Positions 1 to 13,400 of a DNA stretch of 64,000 nt are shown one piece after another. The number at the start of each line of letters is the position of its first letter. Positions within the stretch are counted from its first letter, which is position 1. The stretch comes from the human T2T-CHM13v2.0 reference genome, Homo sapiens. The stretch is taken from assembly GCF_009914755.1 (NCBI RefSeq), contig NC_060925.1. One strand, written 5' to 3'. A program made the position numbers and the translations under genes. The notes beneath the pieces were generated by a model. It saw only the letters and a list, made by a program, of their open reading frames with translations. It was not told where the DNA came from and did not search any database.

Positions 1-19
1 CTAGCAGAATAGGAAGAAA

Positions 20-36
20 TCCCGTTTCCAACGAAG
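20..36 (-). promoter_or_regulatory. CENP-B box (first of ~189 positions, one per dimer)
   Basis: Plus strand TCCCGTTTCCAACGAAG is minus strand CTTCGTTGGAAACGGGA, an exact match to the 17-bp consensus YTTCGTTGGAARCGGGA. It recurs at 360, 700 and onward every ~340 bp to ~63925. Confidence 0.98.
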
Positions 37-530
37 GCCTCAAAGAGGTCTGAATATCCACTTGCAGACTTTACACACAGAGTGATTCCTAACTGCTGTA
101 TGAAAAGAAAGGTTAAACTCTGTGAGTTGAACACACACATCACAAAGGAGTTTCTGAGAATCGTTCTGTCTAGTTTCTATAGGAAGATATTTCCTATTCT
201 ACCATTGACCTCAAAGCGGCTGAAATCTCCACTTGCAAATTCCACAAAAAGAATGTTTCAAGTCTGCTCTGTGTAAAGGACCGTTCAACTCTGTGAGTTG
301 AATACACACAACACAAGGAAGTTACTGAGAATTATTCTGTCTAGCAGAATATGAAGAAATCCCGTTTCCAACGAAGGCCCCAAAGAGGTCTGAATATCCA
401 CTTGCAGACTTTACAAACAGAGTGTTTCCTAACTGCTCTATGAAAAGAAAAGTTAAACTCTGTGAGTTGAACGCACACATCACAAAGGAGTTTATGAGAA
501 TCATTCTGTCTAGTCTTTATACGAAGATAT

Positions 531-547
531 TTCCTTTTCTACCATTG
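531..547 (-). promoter_or_regulatory. A-type monomer box (pJ-alpha-like site) at the position homologous to the CENP-B box; one per dimer
   Basis: Minus strand CAATGGTAGAAAAGGAA lies 171 bp from the CENP-B box at 360 and 169 bp from the one at 700. This gives the alternating A/B monomer pattern. Confidence 0.75.
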
Positions 548-3500
548 ACCTCAAAGCGGCTGAAATCTCCACTTGCAAATTCCACAAAAAGAGTGTTTCA
601 AGTCTGCTCTGTGTAAAGGATCGTTCAACTCTGTGAGTAGAATACACACAACACAAGGAAGTTACTGAGAATTCTTCTGTCTAGCAGAATATGAAGAAAT
701 CCCGTTTCCAACGAAGGTCACAAGATGTCAGAATATCCACTTGCAGACTTTACAAACAGAGTGTTTCCTAACTGCTCTATGAACAGAAAGGTTAAACTCT
801 GTGGGTTGAACGAACACATCACAACGCAGTTTGTGGGAATGATTCTGTCTAGTTTTGAAACGAAGATATTTCCTTTTCTGCCGTTGACCTTAAAGCGCTT
901 GAAATCTACACTTGCAAATTGCACAAATAGAGTGTTTCAAATCTGCTCTGTCTAAGGGAACGTTCAACTCTGTGAGTTGAATGCACACAACACAAGGAAG
1001 TTACTGGGAATTCTTCTGTCTAGCCTTACATGAAAAAAACCCGTTTCCAACGAAGGCCTCTAAGTGGTCAAAATATCCACGTGCAGACTTTACAAACAGA
1101 GTGTTTCCAAACCGCTGAATGAAAAGAAAAGTTAAACTCTGAGAGTTCAACGCACACATCACGCAGCAGTTTCTGAGAATGATTCTGTCTAGTTTTTATA
1201 CGAAGATATTTCCTTTTCTGCCTTTGGCCCCAAAGCGCTTGAAATCTCCACTTGCAAATTCCACAAAAAGAGTGTTTCAAATCTGCTCTCTCTAAATGAA
1301 AGTTCAACTCTGTCAGTTGAATACACACAACACAAGGAAGTTACTGAGAATTCTTCTGTCTAGCATAATATGAAGAAATCCCGTTTCCAACGAAGGCCTC
1401 AAGGGGGTCTGAATATCCACTTGCAGACTTTATAAACAGAGTGTTTACTAACTGCTCTATGAAAAGAAAGCTTAAACTCTGTGAGTTGAACACACACATC
1501 ACAAAGGAGTTTCTAAGAATCATTCTGTCTAGTTTTTCTACGAAGATATTTCCTTTTCTACAATTGACCTCAAAGCGGCTGAAATCTCCACTTGCAAATT
1601 CCACAAAAAGAGTGTTTCAAGTCTGCTCTGTGTAAAGGATCGTTCAACTCTGTGAGTTGAATACACACAACACAAGGAAGTTACTGAGAATTCTTCTGTC
1701 TAGCAGAATAGGAAGAAATCCCGTTTCCAACGAAGGCCTCAAAGAGGTCTGAATATCCACTTGCAGACTTTACAAACAGAGTGTTTCCTAACTGCTCTAT
1801 GAAAAGAAAGGTTAAACTCTGTGAGTTGAACACACACATCACAAAGGAGTTTCTGAGAATAGTTCTGTCTAGTTTCTATAGGAAGATGTTTCCTATTCTA
1901 CCATTGACCTCAAAGCGGCTGAAATCTCCACTTGCAAATTCCACAAAAAGAATGTTTCAAGTCTGCTCTGTGTAAACGATCGTTCAACTCTGTGAGTTGA
2001 ATACACACAACACAAGGAAGTTACTGAGAATTCTTCTGTCTAGCATAATATGTAGAAATCCCGTTTCCAACGAAGGCCTCAAATAGGTCTGAATATCCAC
2101 TTGCAGACTTTACAAACAGAGTGTTTCCTAACTGCTCTATGAAAAGAAAAGTTAAACTCTGTGATTTGAAAGCACACATCACAAAGGAGTTTCTGAGCAT
2201 CATTCTGTCTGGTCTTTATACGAAGATATTTCCTTTTCTACCATTGACCTCAAAGCGGCTGAAATCTCCACTTGCAAATTCCACAAAAAGAGTGTTTCAA
2301 GTCTGCTCTGTGTAAAGGATCGTTCAACTCTGTGAGTTGAATACACACAACACAAGGAAGTTACTGAGAATTCTTCTGTCTAGCAGAATATGAAGAAATC
2401 CCGTTTCCAACGAAGGCCTCAAGGAGGTCTGAATATCCACTTGCAGACTTTACAAACAGAGTGTTTCCTAACTGCTCTATGAACACAAAGGTTAAACTCT
2501 GTGAGTTGAACGCACACATCACAAAGGAGTTTATGAGAATCATTCTGTCTAGTTTCTATAAGAAGATATTTCCTATTCTACTATTGACCTCAAAGCGGCT
2601 GAAATCTCCACTTGCAAATTCGACAAAAAGAGTGTTTCAAGCCTGCTCTCTGTAAAGGATCCTTCAACTCTGTGAGTTGAATACACACAACACAAGGAAG
2701 TTACTGAGAATTCTTCTGTCTAGCATAATATGAAGAAATCCCGTTTCCAACGAAGGCCTCAAAGGGGTCTGAATATCCACTTGCAGACTTTATAAACAGA
2801 GTGTTTACTAACTGCTCTATGAAAAGAAAGGTTAAACTCTGTGAGTTGAACACACACATCACAAAGGAGTTTCTGAGAATCATTCTGTCTAGTTTTTCTA
2901 CGAAGATATTTCCTTTTCTACTATTGACCTCAAAGCGGCTGAAATCTCCACTTGCAAATTCCACAAAAAGAGTGTTTCAAGTCTGCTCTGTGTAAAGGAT
3001 CGTTCAACTCTGTGAGTTGAATACACACAACACAAGGAAGTTACTGAGAATTCTTCTGTCTAGCAGAATATAAAGAAATCCCGTTTCCAACGAAGGCCTC
3101 AAAGAGGTCTGAATATCCACTTGCAGACTTTACAAACAGAGTGTTTCCTAACGGCTCTATGAAAAGAAAAGTTAAACTCTGTGAGTTGAACGCACACATC
3201 ACAAAGGAGTTTCTGAGAATCGTTCTGTCTAGTTTCTATAGGAAGATATTTCCTATTCTACCATTGACCTCAAAGCGGCTGAAATCTCCAGTTGAAAATT
3301 CCACAAAAAGTATGTTTCAAGTCTGCTCTGTGTAAAGGATCGTTCAACTCTGTGAGTTGAATACACACAACACAAGGAAGTTACTGAGAATTATTCTGTC
3401 TAGCATAATATGAAGAAATCCCGTTTCCAACGAAGGCCTCAAAGAGGTCTGAATATCCACTTGCAGACTTTACAAACAGAGTGTTTCCTAACTGCTCTAT

Positions 3501-4760
3501 GAAAAGAAAAGTTAAACTCTGTGAGTTGTACGCACACATCACAAAGGAGTTTATGAGAATCATTCTGTCTAGTCTTTATACGAAGATATTTCCTTTTCTA
3601 CCATTGACCTCAAAGCGGCTGAAATCTCCACTTGCAAATTCCACAAAAAGAGTGTTTCAAGTCTGCTCTGTGTAAAGGATCGTTCAACTCTGTGAGTTGA
3701 ATACACACAACACAAGGAAGTTACTGAGAATTCTTCTGTCTAGCAGAATATGAAGAAATCCCGTTTCCAACGAAGGCCTCAAGGAGGTCTGAATATCCAC
3801 TTGCAGACTTTACAAACAGAGTGTTTCCTAACTGCTCTATGAACAGAAAGGTTAAACTCTGTGAGTTTAACGCACACATCACAAAGGAGTTTCTGAGAAT
3901 CATTCTGTCTAGTCTTTATACGAAGATATTTACTTTTCTACCATTGACCTCAAAGCGGCTGAAATCTCCACTTGCAAATTCCACAAAAAGAGTGTTTCAA
4001 GTCTGCTCTGTGTAAAGGATCATTCAACTCTGTGAGTTGAATAAACACAACACAAGGAAGTTACTGAGAATTCTTCTGTCTAGCAGAATATGAAGAAATC
4101 CCGTTTCCAACGAAGGCCTCAAGGAGGTCTGAATATCCACTTGCAGACTTTACAAACAGAGTGTTTCCTAACTGCTCTATGAAAAGAAAGGTTAAACTCT
4201 GTGAGTTGAACGCACACATCACAAAGGAGTTTATGAGAATCATTCTGTCTAGTTTCTATAAGAAGATATTTCCTATTCTACCATTGACCTCAAAGCGGCT
4301 GAAATCTCCACTTGCAAATTCGACAAAAAGAGTGTTTCAAGCCTGCTCTCTGTAAAGGATCCTTCAACTCTGTGAGTTGAATACACACAACACAAGGAAG
4401 TTACTGAGAATTATTCTGTCTAGCATAATATGAAGAAATCCCGTTTCCAACGAAGGCCTCAAAGAGGTCTGAATATCCACTTGCAGACTTTACAAACAGA
4501 GTGTTTCCTAACTGCTCTATGAGAAGAAAAGTTAAACTCTGTGAGTTGAACGCACACATCACAAAAGATTTTCTGAGAATCATTCTGTCTAGTCTTTATA
4601 TGAAGATAGTTTCCTTTTCTACCATTGACCTCAAAGCGGCTGAAATCTCCACTTGCAAATTCCACAAAAAGAGTGTTTCAAGTCTGCTCTGTGTAAAGGA
4701 TCGTTTAACTCTGTGAGTTGAATACACACAACACAAGGAAGTTACTGAGAATTCTTCTGT

Positions 4761-7479
4761 CTAGCAGAATATGAAGAAATCCCGTTTCCAACGAAGGCCA
4801 CAAGATGTCAGAATATCCACTTACAGACTTTACAAACAGAGTGTTTCCTAACTGCTCTATGAACAGAAGGGTTAAACTCTGTGAGTTGAACGAACACATC
4901 ACAACGCAGTTTGTGGGAATGATTCTGTCTAGTTTTGAAACGAAGATATTTCCTTTTCTGCCGTTGACCTTAAAGCGCTTGAAATCTACACTTGCAAATT
5001 GCACAAATAGAGTGTTTCAAATCTGCTCTGTCTAAGGGAACGTTCAACTCTGTGAGTTGAATGCACACAACACAAGGAAGTTACTGGGAATTCTTCTGTC
5101 TAGCCTTACATGAAAAAACCCGTTTCCAACGAAGGCCTCTAAGTGGTCAAAATATCCACGTGCAGACTTTACAAACAGAGTGTTTCCAAACCGCTGAATG
5201 AAAAGAAAAGTTAAACTCTGAGAGTTGAACGCACACATCACGCAGCAGTTTCTGAGAATGATTCTGTCTAGTTTTTATACGAAGATATTTCCTTTTCTGC
5301 CTTTGGCCCCAAAGCGCTTGAAATCTCCACTTGCAAATTCCACAAAAACAGTGTTTCAAATCTGCTCTCTCTAAATGAAAGTTCAACTCTGTCAGTTGAA
5401 TACACACAACACAAGGAAGTTACTGAGAATTCTTCTGTCTAGCATAATATGAAGAAATCCCGTTTCCAACGAAGGCCTCAAAGGGGTCTGAATATCCACT
5501 TGCAGACTTTATAAACAGAGTGTTTACTAACTGCTCTATGAAAAGAAAGGTTAAACTCTGTGAGTTGAACACACACATCACAAAGGAGTTTCTGAGAATC
5601 ATTCTGTCTAGTTTTTCTACGAAGATATTTCCTTTTCTACTATTGACCTGAAAGCGGCTGAAATCTCCACTTGCAAATTCCACAAAAAGAGTGTTTCAAG
5701 TCTGCTCTGTGTAAAGGATCGTTCAACTCTGTGAGTTGAATACACACAACACAAGGAAGTTACTGAGAATTCTTCTGTCTAGCAGAATAGGAAGAAATCC
5801 CGTTTCCAACGAAGGCCTCAAAGAGGTCTGAATATCCACTTGCAGACTTTACACACAGAGTGTTTCCTAACTGCTGTATGAAAAGAAAGGTTAAACTCTG
5901 TGAGTTGAACACACACATCACAAAGGAGTTTCTGAGAATCGTTCTGTCTAGTTTCTATAGGAAGATATTTCCTATTCTACCATTGACCTCAAAGCGGCTG
6001 AAATCTCCACTTGCAAATTCCACAAAAAGAATGTTTCAAGTCTGCTCTGTGTAAAGGACCGTTCAACTCTGTGAGTTGAATACACACAACACAAGGAAGT
6101 TACTGAGAATTATTCTGTCTAGCAGAATATGAAGAAATCCCGTTTCCAACGAAGGCCCCAAAGAGGTCTGAATATCCACTTGCAGACTTTACAAACAGAG
6201 TGTTTCCTAACTGCTCTATGAAAAGAAAAGTTAAACTCTGTGAGTTGAACGCACACATCACAAAGGAGTTTATGAGAATCATTCTGTCTAGTCTTTATAC
6301 GAAGATATTTCCTTTTCTACCATTGACCTCAAAGCGGCTGAAATCTCCACTTGCAAATTCCACAAAAAGAGTGTTTCAAGTCTGCTCTGTGTAAAGGATC
6401 GTTCAACTCTGTGAGTAGAATACACACAACACAAGGAAGTTACTGAGAATTCTTCTGTCTAGCAGAATATGAAGAAATCCCGTTTCCAACGAAGGCCTCA
6501 AGGAGGTCTGAATATCCACTTGCAGACTTTACAAACAGAGTGTTTCCTAACTGCTCTATGAACAGAAAGGTTAAACTCTGTGAGTTGAACGCACACATCA
6601 CAAAGGAGTTTCTGAGAATCATTCTGTCTAGTCTTTATACGAAGATATTTACTTTTCTACCATTGACCTCAAAGCGGCTGAAATCTCCACTTGCAAATTC
6701 CACAAAAAGAGTGTTTCAAGTCTGCTCTGTGTAAAGGATCATTCAGCTCTGTGAGTTGAATAAACACAACACAAGGAAGTTACTGAGAATTCTTCTGTCT
6801 AGCAGAATATGAAGAAATCCCGTTTCCAACGAAGGCCTCAAGGAGGTCTGAATATCCACTTGCAGACTTTACAAACAGAGTGTTTCCTAACTGCTCTATG
6901 AAAAGAAAGGTTAAACTCTGTGAGTTGAACGCACACATCACAAAGGAGTTTATGAGAATCATTCTGTCTAGTTTCTATAAGAAGATATTTCCTATTCTAC
7001 CATTGACCTCAAAGCGGCTGAAATCTCCACTTGCAAATTCGACAAAAAGAGTGTTTCAAGCCTGCTCTCTGTAAAGGATCCTTCAACTCTGTGAGTTGAA
7101 TACACACAACACAAGGAAGTTACTGAGAATTATTCTGTCTAGCATAATATGAAGAAATCCCGTTTCCAACGAAGGCCTCAAAGAGGTCTGAATATCCACT
7201 TGCAGACTTTACAAACAGAGTGTTTCCTAACTGCTCTATGAGAAGAAAAGTTAAACTCTGTGAGTTGAACGCACACATCACAAAAGATTTTCTGAGAATC
7301 ATTCTGTCTAGTCTTTATATGAAGATAGTTTCCTTTTCTACCATTGACCTCAAAGCGGCTGAAATCTCCACTTGCAAATTCCACAAAAAGAGTGTTTCAA
7401 GTCTGCTCTGTGTAAAGGATCGTTTAACTCTGTGAGTTGAATACACACAACACAAGGAAGTTACTGAGAATTCTTCTGT
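4761..7479 (-). repeat. Complete 16-monomer HOR unit (dimers A-B-C-D-E-F-G-H), 2719 bp
   Basis: A 4761 (GGCCACAAGATG; GCAGTTTGTGGGAATG), B 5100 (GCCTTACATG; CTCTAAGTGG), C 5439 (AAAGGGGTC; TTTACTAAC), D 5779 (AATCGTTC; CTATAGG; AAGAATG), E 6119 (TTATGAG; TCTTTATACG), F 6459 (GAACAG; ATTTACTT; GATCATT), G 6799 (CTATAAG; TTCGAC; AAGCCTG; GGATCC), H 7139 (ATGAGAAG; AAAGATT; GATAGTTTCC, 341 bp). Confidence 0.92.
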
Positions 7480-10400
7480 CTAGCATAATATGAAGAAATC
7501 CCGTTTCCAACGAAGGCCACAAGATGTCAGAATATCCACTTACAGACTTTACAAACAGAGTGTTTCCTAACTGCTCTATGAACAGAAGGGTTAAACTCTG
7601 TGAGTTGAACGAACACATCACAACGCAGTTTGTGGGAATGATTCTGTCTAGTTTTGAAACGAAGATATTTCCTTTTCTGCCGTTGACCTTAAAGCGCTTG
7701 AAATCTACACTTGCAAATTGCACAAATAGAGTGTTTCAAATCTGCTCTGTCTAAGGGAACGTTCAACTCTGTGAGTTGAATGCACACAACACAAGGAAGT
7801 TACTGGGAATTCTTCTGTCTAGCCTTACATGAAAAAACCCGTTTCCAACGAAGGCCTCTAAGTGGTCAAAATATCCACGTGCAGACTTTACAAACAGAGT
7901 GTTTCCAAACCGCTGAATGAAAAGAAAAGTTAAACTCTGAGAGTTGAACGCACACATCACGCAGCAGTTTCTGAGAATGATTCTGTCTAGTTTTTATACG
8001 AAGATATTTCCTTTTTTGCCTTTGGCCCCAAAGCGCTTGAAATCTCCACTTGCAAATTCCACAAAAACAGTGTTTCAAATCTGCTCTCTCTAAATGAAAG
8101 TTCAACTCTGTCAGTTGAATACACACAACACAAGGAAGTTAGTGAGAATTCTTCTGTCTAGCATAATATGAAGAAATCCCGTTTCCAACGAAGGCCTCAA
8201 AGGGGTCTGAATATCCACTTGCAGACTTTATAAACAGAGTGTTTACTAACTGCTCTATGAAAAGAAAGGTTAAACTCTGTGAGTTGAACACACACATCAC
8301 AAAGGAGTTTCTGAGAATCATTCTGTCTAGTTTTTCTACGAAGATATTTCCTTTTCTACTATTGACCTGAAAGCGGCTGAAATCTCCACTTGCAAATTCC
8401 ACAAAAAGAGTGTTTCAAGTCTGCTCTGTGTAAAGGATCGTTCAACTCTGTGAGTTGAATACACACAACACAAGGAAGTTACTGAGAATTCTTCTGTCTA
8501 GCAGAATAGGAAGAAATCCCGTTTCCAACGAAGGCCTCAAAGAGGTCTGAATATCCACTTGCAGACTTTACACACAGAGTGTTTCCTAACTGCTGTATGA
8601 AAAGAAAGGTTAAACTCTGTGAGTTGAACACACACATCACAAAGGAGTTTCTGAGAATCGTTCTGTCTAGTTTCTATAGGAAGATATTTCCTATTCTACC
8701 ATTGACCTCAAAGCGGCTGAAATCTCCACTTGCAAATTCCACAAAAAGAATGTTTCAAGTCTGCTCTGTGTAAAGGACCGTTCAACTCTGTGAGTTGAAT
8801 ACACACAACACAAGGAAGTTACTGAGAATTATTCTGTCTAGCAGAATATGAAGAAATCCCGTTTCCAACGAAGGCCCCAAAGAGGTCTGAATATCCACTT
8901 GCAGACTTTACAAACAGAGTGTTTCCTAACTGCTCTATGAAAAGAAAAGTTAAACTCTGTGAGTTGAACGCACACATCACAAAGGAGTTTATGAGAATCA
9001 TTCTGTCTAGTCTTTATACGAAGATATTTCCTTTTCTACCATTGACCTCAAAGCGGCTGAAATCTCCACTTGCAAATTCCACAAAAAGAGTGTTTCAAGT
9101 CTGCTCTGTGTAAAGGATCGTTCAACTCTGTGAGTAGAATACACACAACACAAGGAAGTTACTGAGAATTCTTCTGTCTAGCAGAATATGAAGAAATCCC
9201 GTTTCCAACGAAGGCCTCAAGGAGGTCTGAATATCCACTTGCAGACTTTACAAACAGAGTGTTTCCTAACTGCTCTATGAACAGAAAGGTTAAACTCTGT
9301 GAGTTGAACGCACACATCACAAAGGAGTTTCTGAGAATCATTCTGTCTAGTCTTTATACGAAGATATTTACTTTTCTACCATTGACTTCAAAGCGGCTGA
9401 AATCTCCACCTGCAAATTCCACAAAAAGAGTGTTTCAAGTCTGCTCTGTGTAAAGGATCATTCAACTCTGTGAGTTGAATAAACACAACACAAGGAAGTT
9501 ACTGAGAATTCTTCTGTCTAGCAGAATATGAAGAAATCCCGTTTCCAACGAAGGCCTCAAGGAGGTCTGAATATCCACTTGCAGACTTTACAAACAGAGT
9601 GTTTCCTAACTGCTCTATGAAAAGAAAGGTTAAACTCTGTGAGTTGAACGCACACATCACAAAGGAGTTTATGAGAATCATTCTGTCTAGTTTCTATAAG
9701 AAGATATTTTCTATTCTACCATTGACCTCAAAGCGGCTGAAATCTCCACTTGCAAATTCGACAAAAAGAGTGTTTCAAGCCTGCTCTCTGTAAAGGATCC
9801 TTCAACTCTGTGAGTTGGATACACACAACACAAGGAAGTTACTGAGAATTATTCTGTCTAGCATAATATGAAGAAATCCCGTTTCCAACGAAGGCCTCAA
9901 AGAGGTCTGAATATCCACTTGCAGACTTTACAAACAGAGTGTTTCCTAACTGCTCTATGAAAAGAAAAGTTAAACTCTGTGAGTTGAACGCACACATCAC
10001 AAAGGAGTTTATGAGAATCATTCTGTCTAGTCTTTATACGAAGATATTTCCTTTTCTACCATTGACCTCAAAGCGGCTGAAATCTCCACTTTCAAATTCC
10101 ACAAAAAGAGTGTTTCAAGTCTGCTCTGTGTAAAGGATCGTTCAACTCTGTGAGTAGAATACACACAACACAAGGAAGTCACTGAGAATTCTTCTGTCTA
10201 GCAGAATATGAAGAAATCCCGTTTCCAACGAAGGCCTCAAGGAGGTCTGAATATCCACTTGCAGACTTTACAAACAGAGTGTTTCCTAACTGCTCTATGA
10301 AAAGAAAGGTTAAACTCTGTGAGTTGAACGCACACATCACAAAGGAGTTTATGAGAATCATTCTGTCTAGTTTCTATAAGAAGATATTTCCTATTCTACC

Positions 10401-13400
10401 ATTGACCTCAAAGCGGCTGAAATCTCCACTTGCAAATTCGACAAAAAGAGTGTTTCAAGCCTGCTCTCTGTAAAGGATCCTTCAACTCTGTGAGTTGGAT
10501 ACACACAACACAAGGAAATTACTGAGAATTATTCTGTCTAGCATAATAGGAAGAAATCCCGTTTCCAACGAAGGCCTCAAAGAGGTCTGAATATCCACTT
10601 GCAGACTTTACAAACAGAGTGTTTCCTAACTGCTCTATGAGAAGAAAAGTTAAACTCTGTGAGTTGAACGCACACATCACAAAAGATTTTCTGAGAATCA
10701 TTCTGTCTAGTCTTTATATGAAGATAGTTTCCTTTTCTACCATTGACCTCAAAGCGGCTGAAATCTCCACTTGCAAATTCCACAAAAAGAGTGTTTCAAG
10801 TCTGCTCTGTGTAAAGGATCGTTCAACTCTGTGAGTTGAATACACACAACACAAGGAAGTTACTGAGAATTCTTCTGTCTAGCAGAATATGAAGAAATCC
10901 CGTTTCCAACGAAGGCCACAAGATGTCAGAATATCCACTTGCAGACTTTACAAACAGAGTGTTTCCTAACTGCTCTATGAACAGAAAGGTTAAACTCTGT
11001 GAGTTGAACGAACACATCACAACGCAGTTTGTGGGAATGATTCTGTCTAGTTTTGAAACGAAGATATTTCCTTTTCTGCCGTTGACCTTAAAGCGCTTGA
11101 AATCTACACTTGCAAATTGCACAAATAGAGTGTTTCAAATCTGCTCTGTCTAAGGGAACGTTCAACTCTGTGAGTTGAATGCACACAACACAAGGAAGTT
11201 ACTGGGAATTCTTCTGTCTAGCCTTACATGAAAAAACCCGTTTCCAACGAAGGCCTCTAAGTGGTCAAAATATACACGTGCAGACTTTACAAACAGAGTG
11301 TTTCCAAACCGCTGAATGAAAAGAAAAGTTAAGCTCTGAGAGTTGAACGCACACATCACGCAGCAGTTTCTGAGAATGATTCTGTCTAGTTTTTATACGA
11401 AGATATTTCCTTTTCTGCCTTTGGCCCCAAAGCGCTTGAAATCTCCACTTGCAAATTCCACAAAAACAGTGTTTCAAATCTGCTCTCTCTAAAGGAAAGT
11501 TCAACTCTGTCAGTTGAATACACACAACACAAGGAAGTTACTGAGAATTCTTCTGTCTAGCATAATATGAAGAAATCCCGTTTCCAACGAAGGCCTCAAA
11601 GGGGTCTGAATATCCACTTGCAGACTTTATAAACAGAGTGTTTACTAACTGCTCTATGAAAAGAAAGGTTAAACTCTGTGAGTTGAACACACACATCACA
11701 AAGGAGTTTCTGAGAATCATTCTGTCTAGTTTTTCTACGAAGATATTTCCTTTTCTACTATTGACCTGAAAGCGGCTGAAATCTCCACTTGCAAATTCCA
11801 CAAAAAGAGTGTTTCAAGTCTGCTCTGTGTAAAGGATCGTTCAACTCTGTGAGTAGAATACACACAACACAAGGAAGTCACTGAGAATTCTTCTGTCTAG
11901 CAGAATATGAAGAAATCCCGTTTCCAACGAAGGCCTCAAGGAGGTCTGAATATCCACTTGCAGACTTTACAAACAGAGTGTTTCCTAACTGCTGTATGAA
12001 AAGAAAGGTTAAACTCTGTGAGTTGAACGCACACATCACAAAGGAGTTTATTAGAATCATTCTGTCTAGTTTCTATAAGAAGATATTTCCTATTCTACCA
12101 TTGACCTCAAAGCGGCTGAAATCTCCACTTGCAAATTCGACAAAAAGAGTGTTTCAAGCCTGCTCTCTGTAAAGGATCCTTCAACTCTGTGAGTTGAATA
12201 CACACAACACAAGGAAGTTACTGAGAATTATTCTGTCTAGCATAATATGAAGAAATCCCGTTTCCAACGAAGGCCTCAAAGAGGTCTGAATATCCACTTG
12301 CAGACTTTACAAACAGAGTGTTTCCTAACTGCTCTATGAGAAGAAAAGTTAAACTCTGCGAGTTGAACGCACACATCACAAAAGATTTTCTGAGAATCAT
12401 TCTGTCTAGTCTTTATATGAAGATAGTTTCCTTTTCTACCATTGACCTCAAAGCGGCTGAAATCTCCACTTGCAAATTCCACAAAAAGAGTTTTTCAAGT
12501 CTGCTCTGTGTAAAGGATCGTTCAACTCTGTGAGTTGAATACACACAACACAAGGAAGTTACTGAGAATTCTTCTGTCTAGCAGAATATGAAGAAATCCC
12601 GTTTCCAACGAAGGCCACGAGATGTCAGAATATCCACTTGCAGACTTTACAAACAGAGTGTTTCCTAACTGCTCAATGAACAGAAAGGTTAAACTCTGTG
12701 AGTTGAACGAACACATCACAACGCAGTTTGTGGGAATGATTCTGTCTAGTTTTGAAACGAAGATATTTCCTTTTCTGCCGTTGACCTTAAAGCGCTTGAA
12801 ATCTACACTTGCAAATTGCACAAATAGAGTGTTTCAAATCTGCTCTGTCTAAGGGAACGTTCAACTCTGTGAGTTGAATGCACACAACACAAGGAAGTTA
12901 CTGGGAATTCTTCTGTCTAGCCTTACATGAAAAAACCCGTTTCCAACGAAGGCCTCTAAGTGGTCAAAATATACACGTGCAGACTTTACAAACAGAGTGT
13001 TTCCAAACCGCTGAATGAAAAGAAAAGTTAAGCTCTGAGAGTTGAACGCACACATCACGCAGCAGTTTCTGAGAATGATTCTGTCTAGTTTTTATACGAA
13101 GATATTTCCTTTTCTGCCTTTGGCCCCAAAGCGCTTGAAATCTCCACTTGCAAATTCCACAAAAACAGTGTTTCAAATCTGCTCTCTCTAAATGAAAGTT
13201 CAACTCTGTCAGTTGAATACACACAACACAAGGAAGTTACTGAGAATTCTTCTGTCTAGCATAATATGAAGAAATCCCGTTTCCAACGAAGGCCTCAAAG
13301 GGGTCTGAATATCCACTTGCAGACTTTATAAACAGAGTGTTTACTAACTGCTCTATGAAAAGAAAGGTTAAACTCTGTGAGTTGAACACACACATCACAA

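Noticed and set aside
893-1083. Short palindromes and an E-box in A/B dimers (AAGCGCTT, GAACGTTC, CACGTG)
   Set aside because: They are 6-8 bp, expected by chance and multiplied by the repeat. There is no evidence of function or of a stable cruciform.
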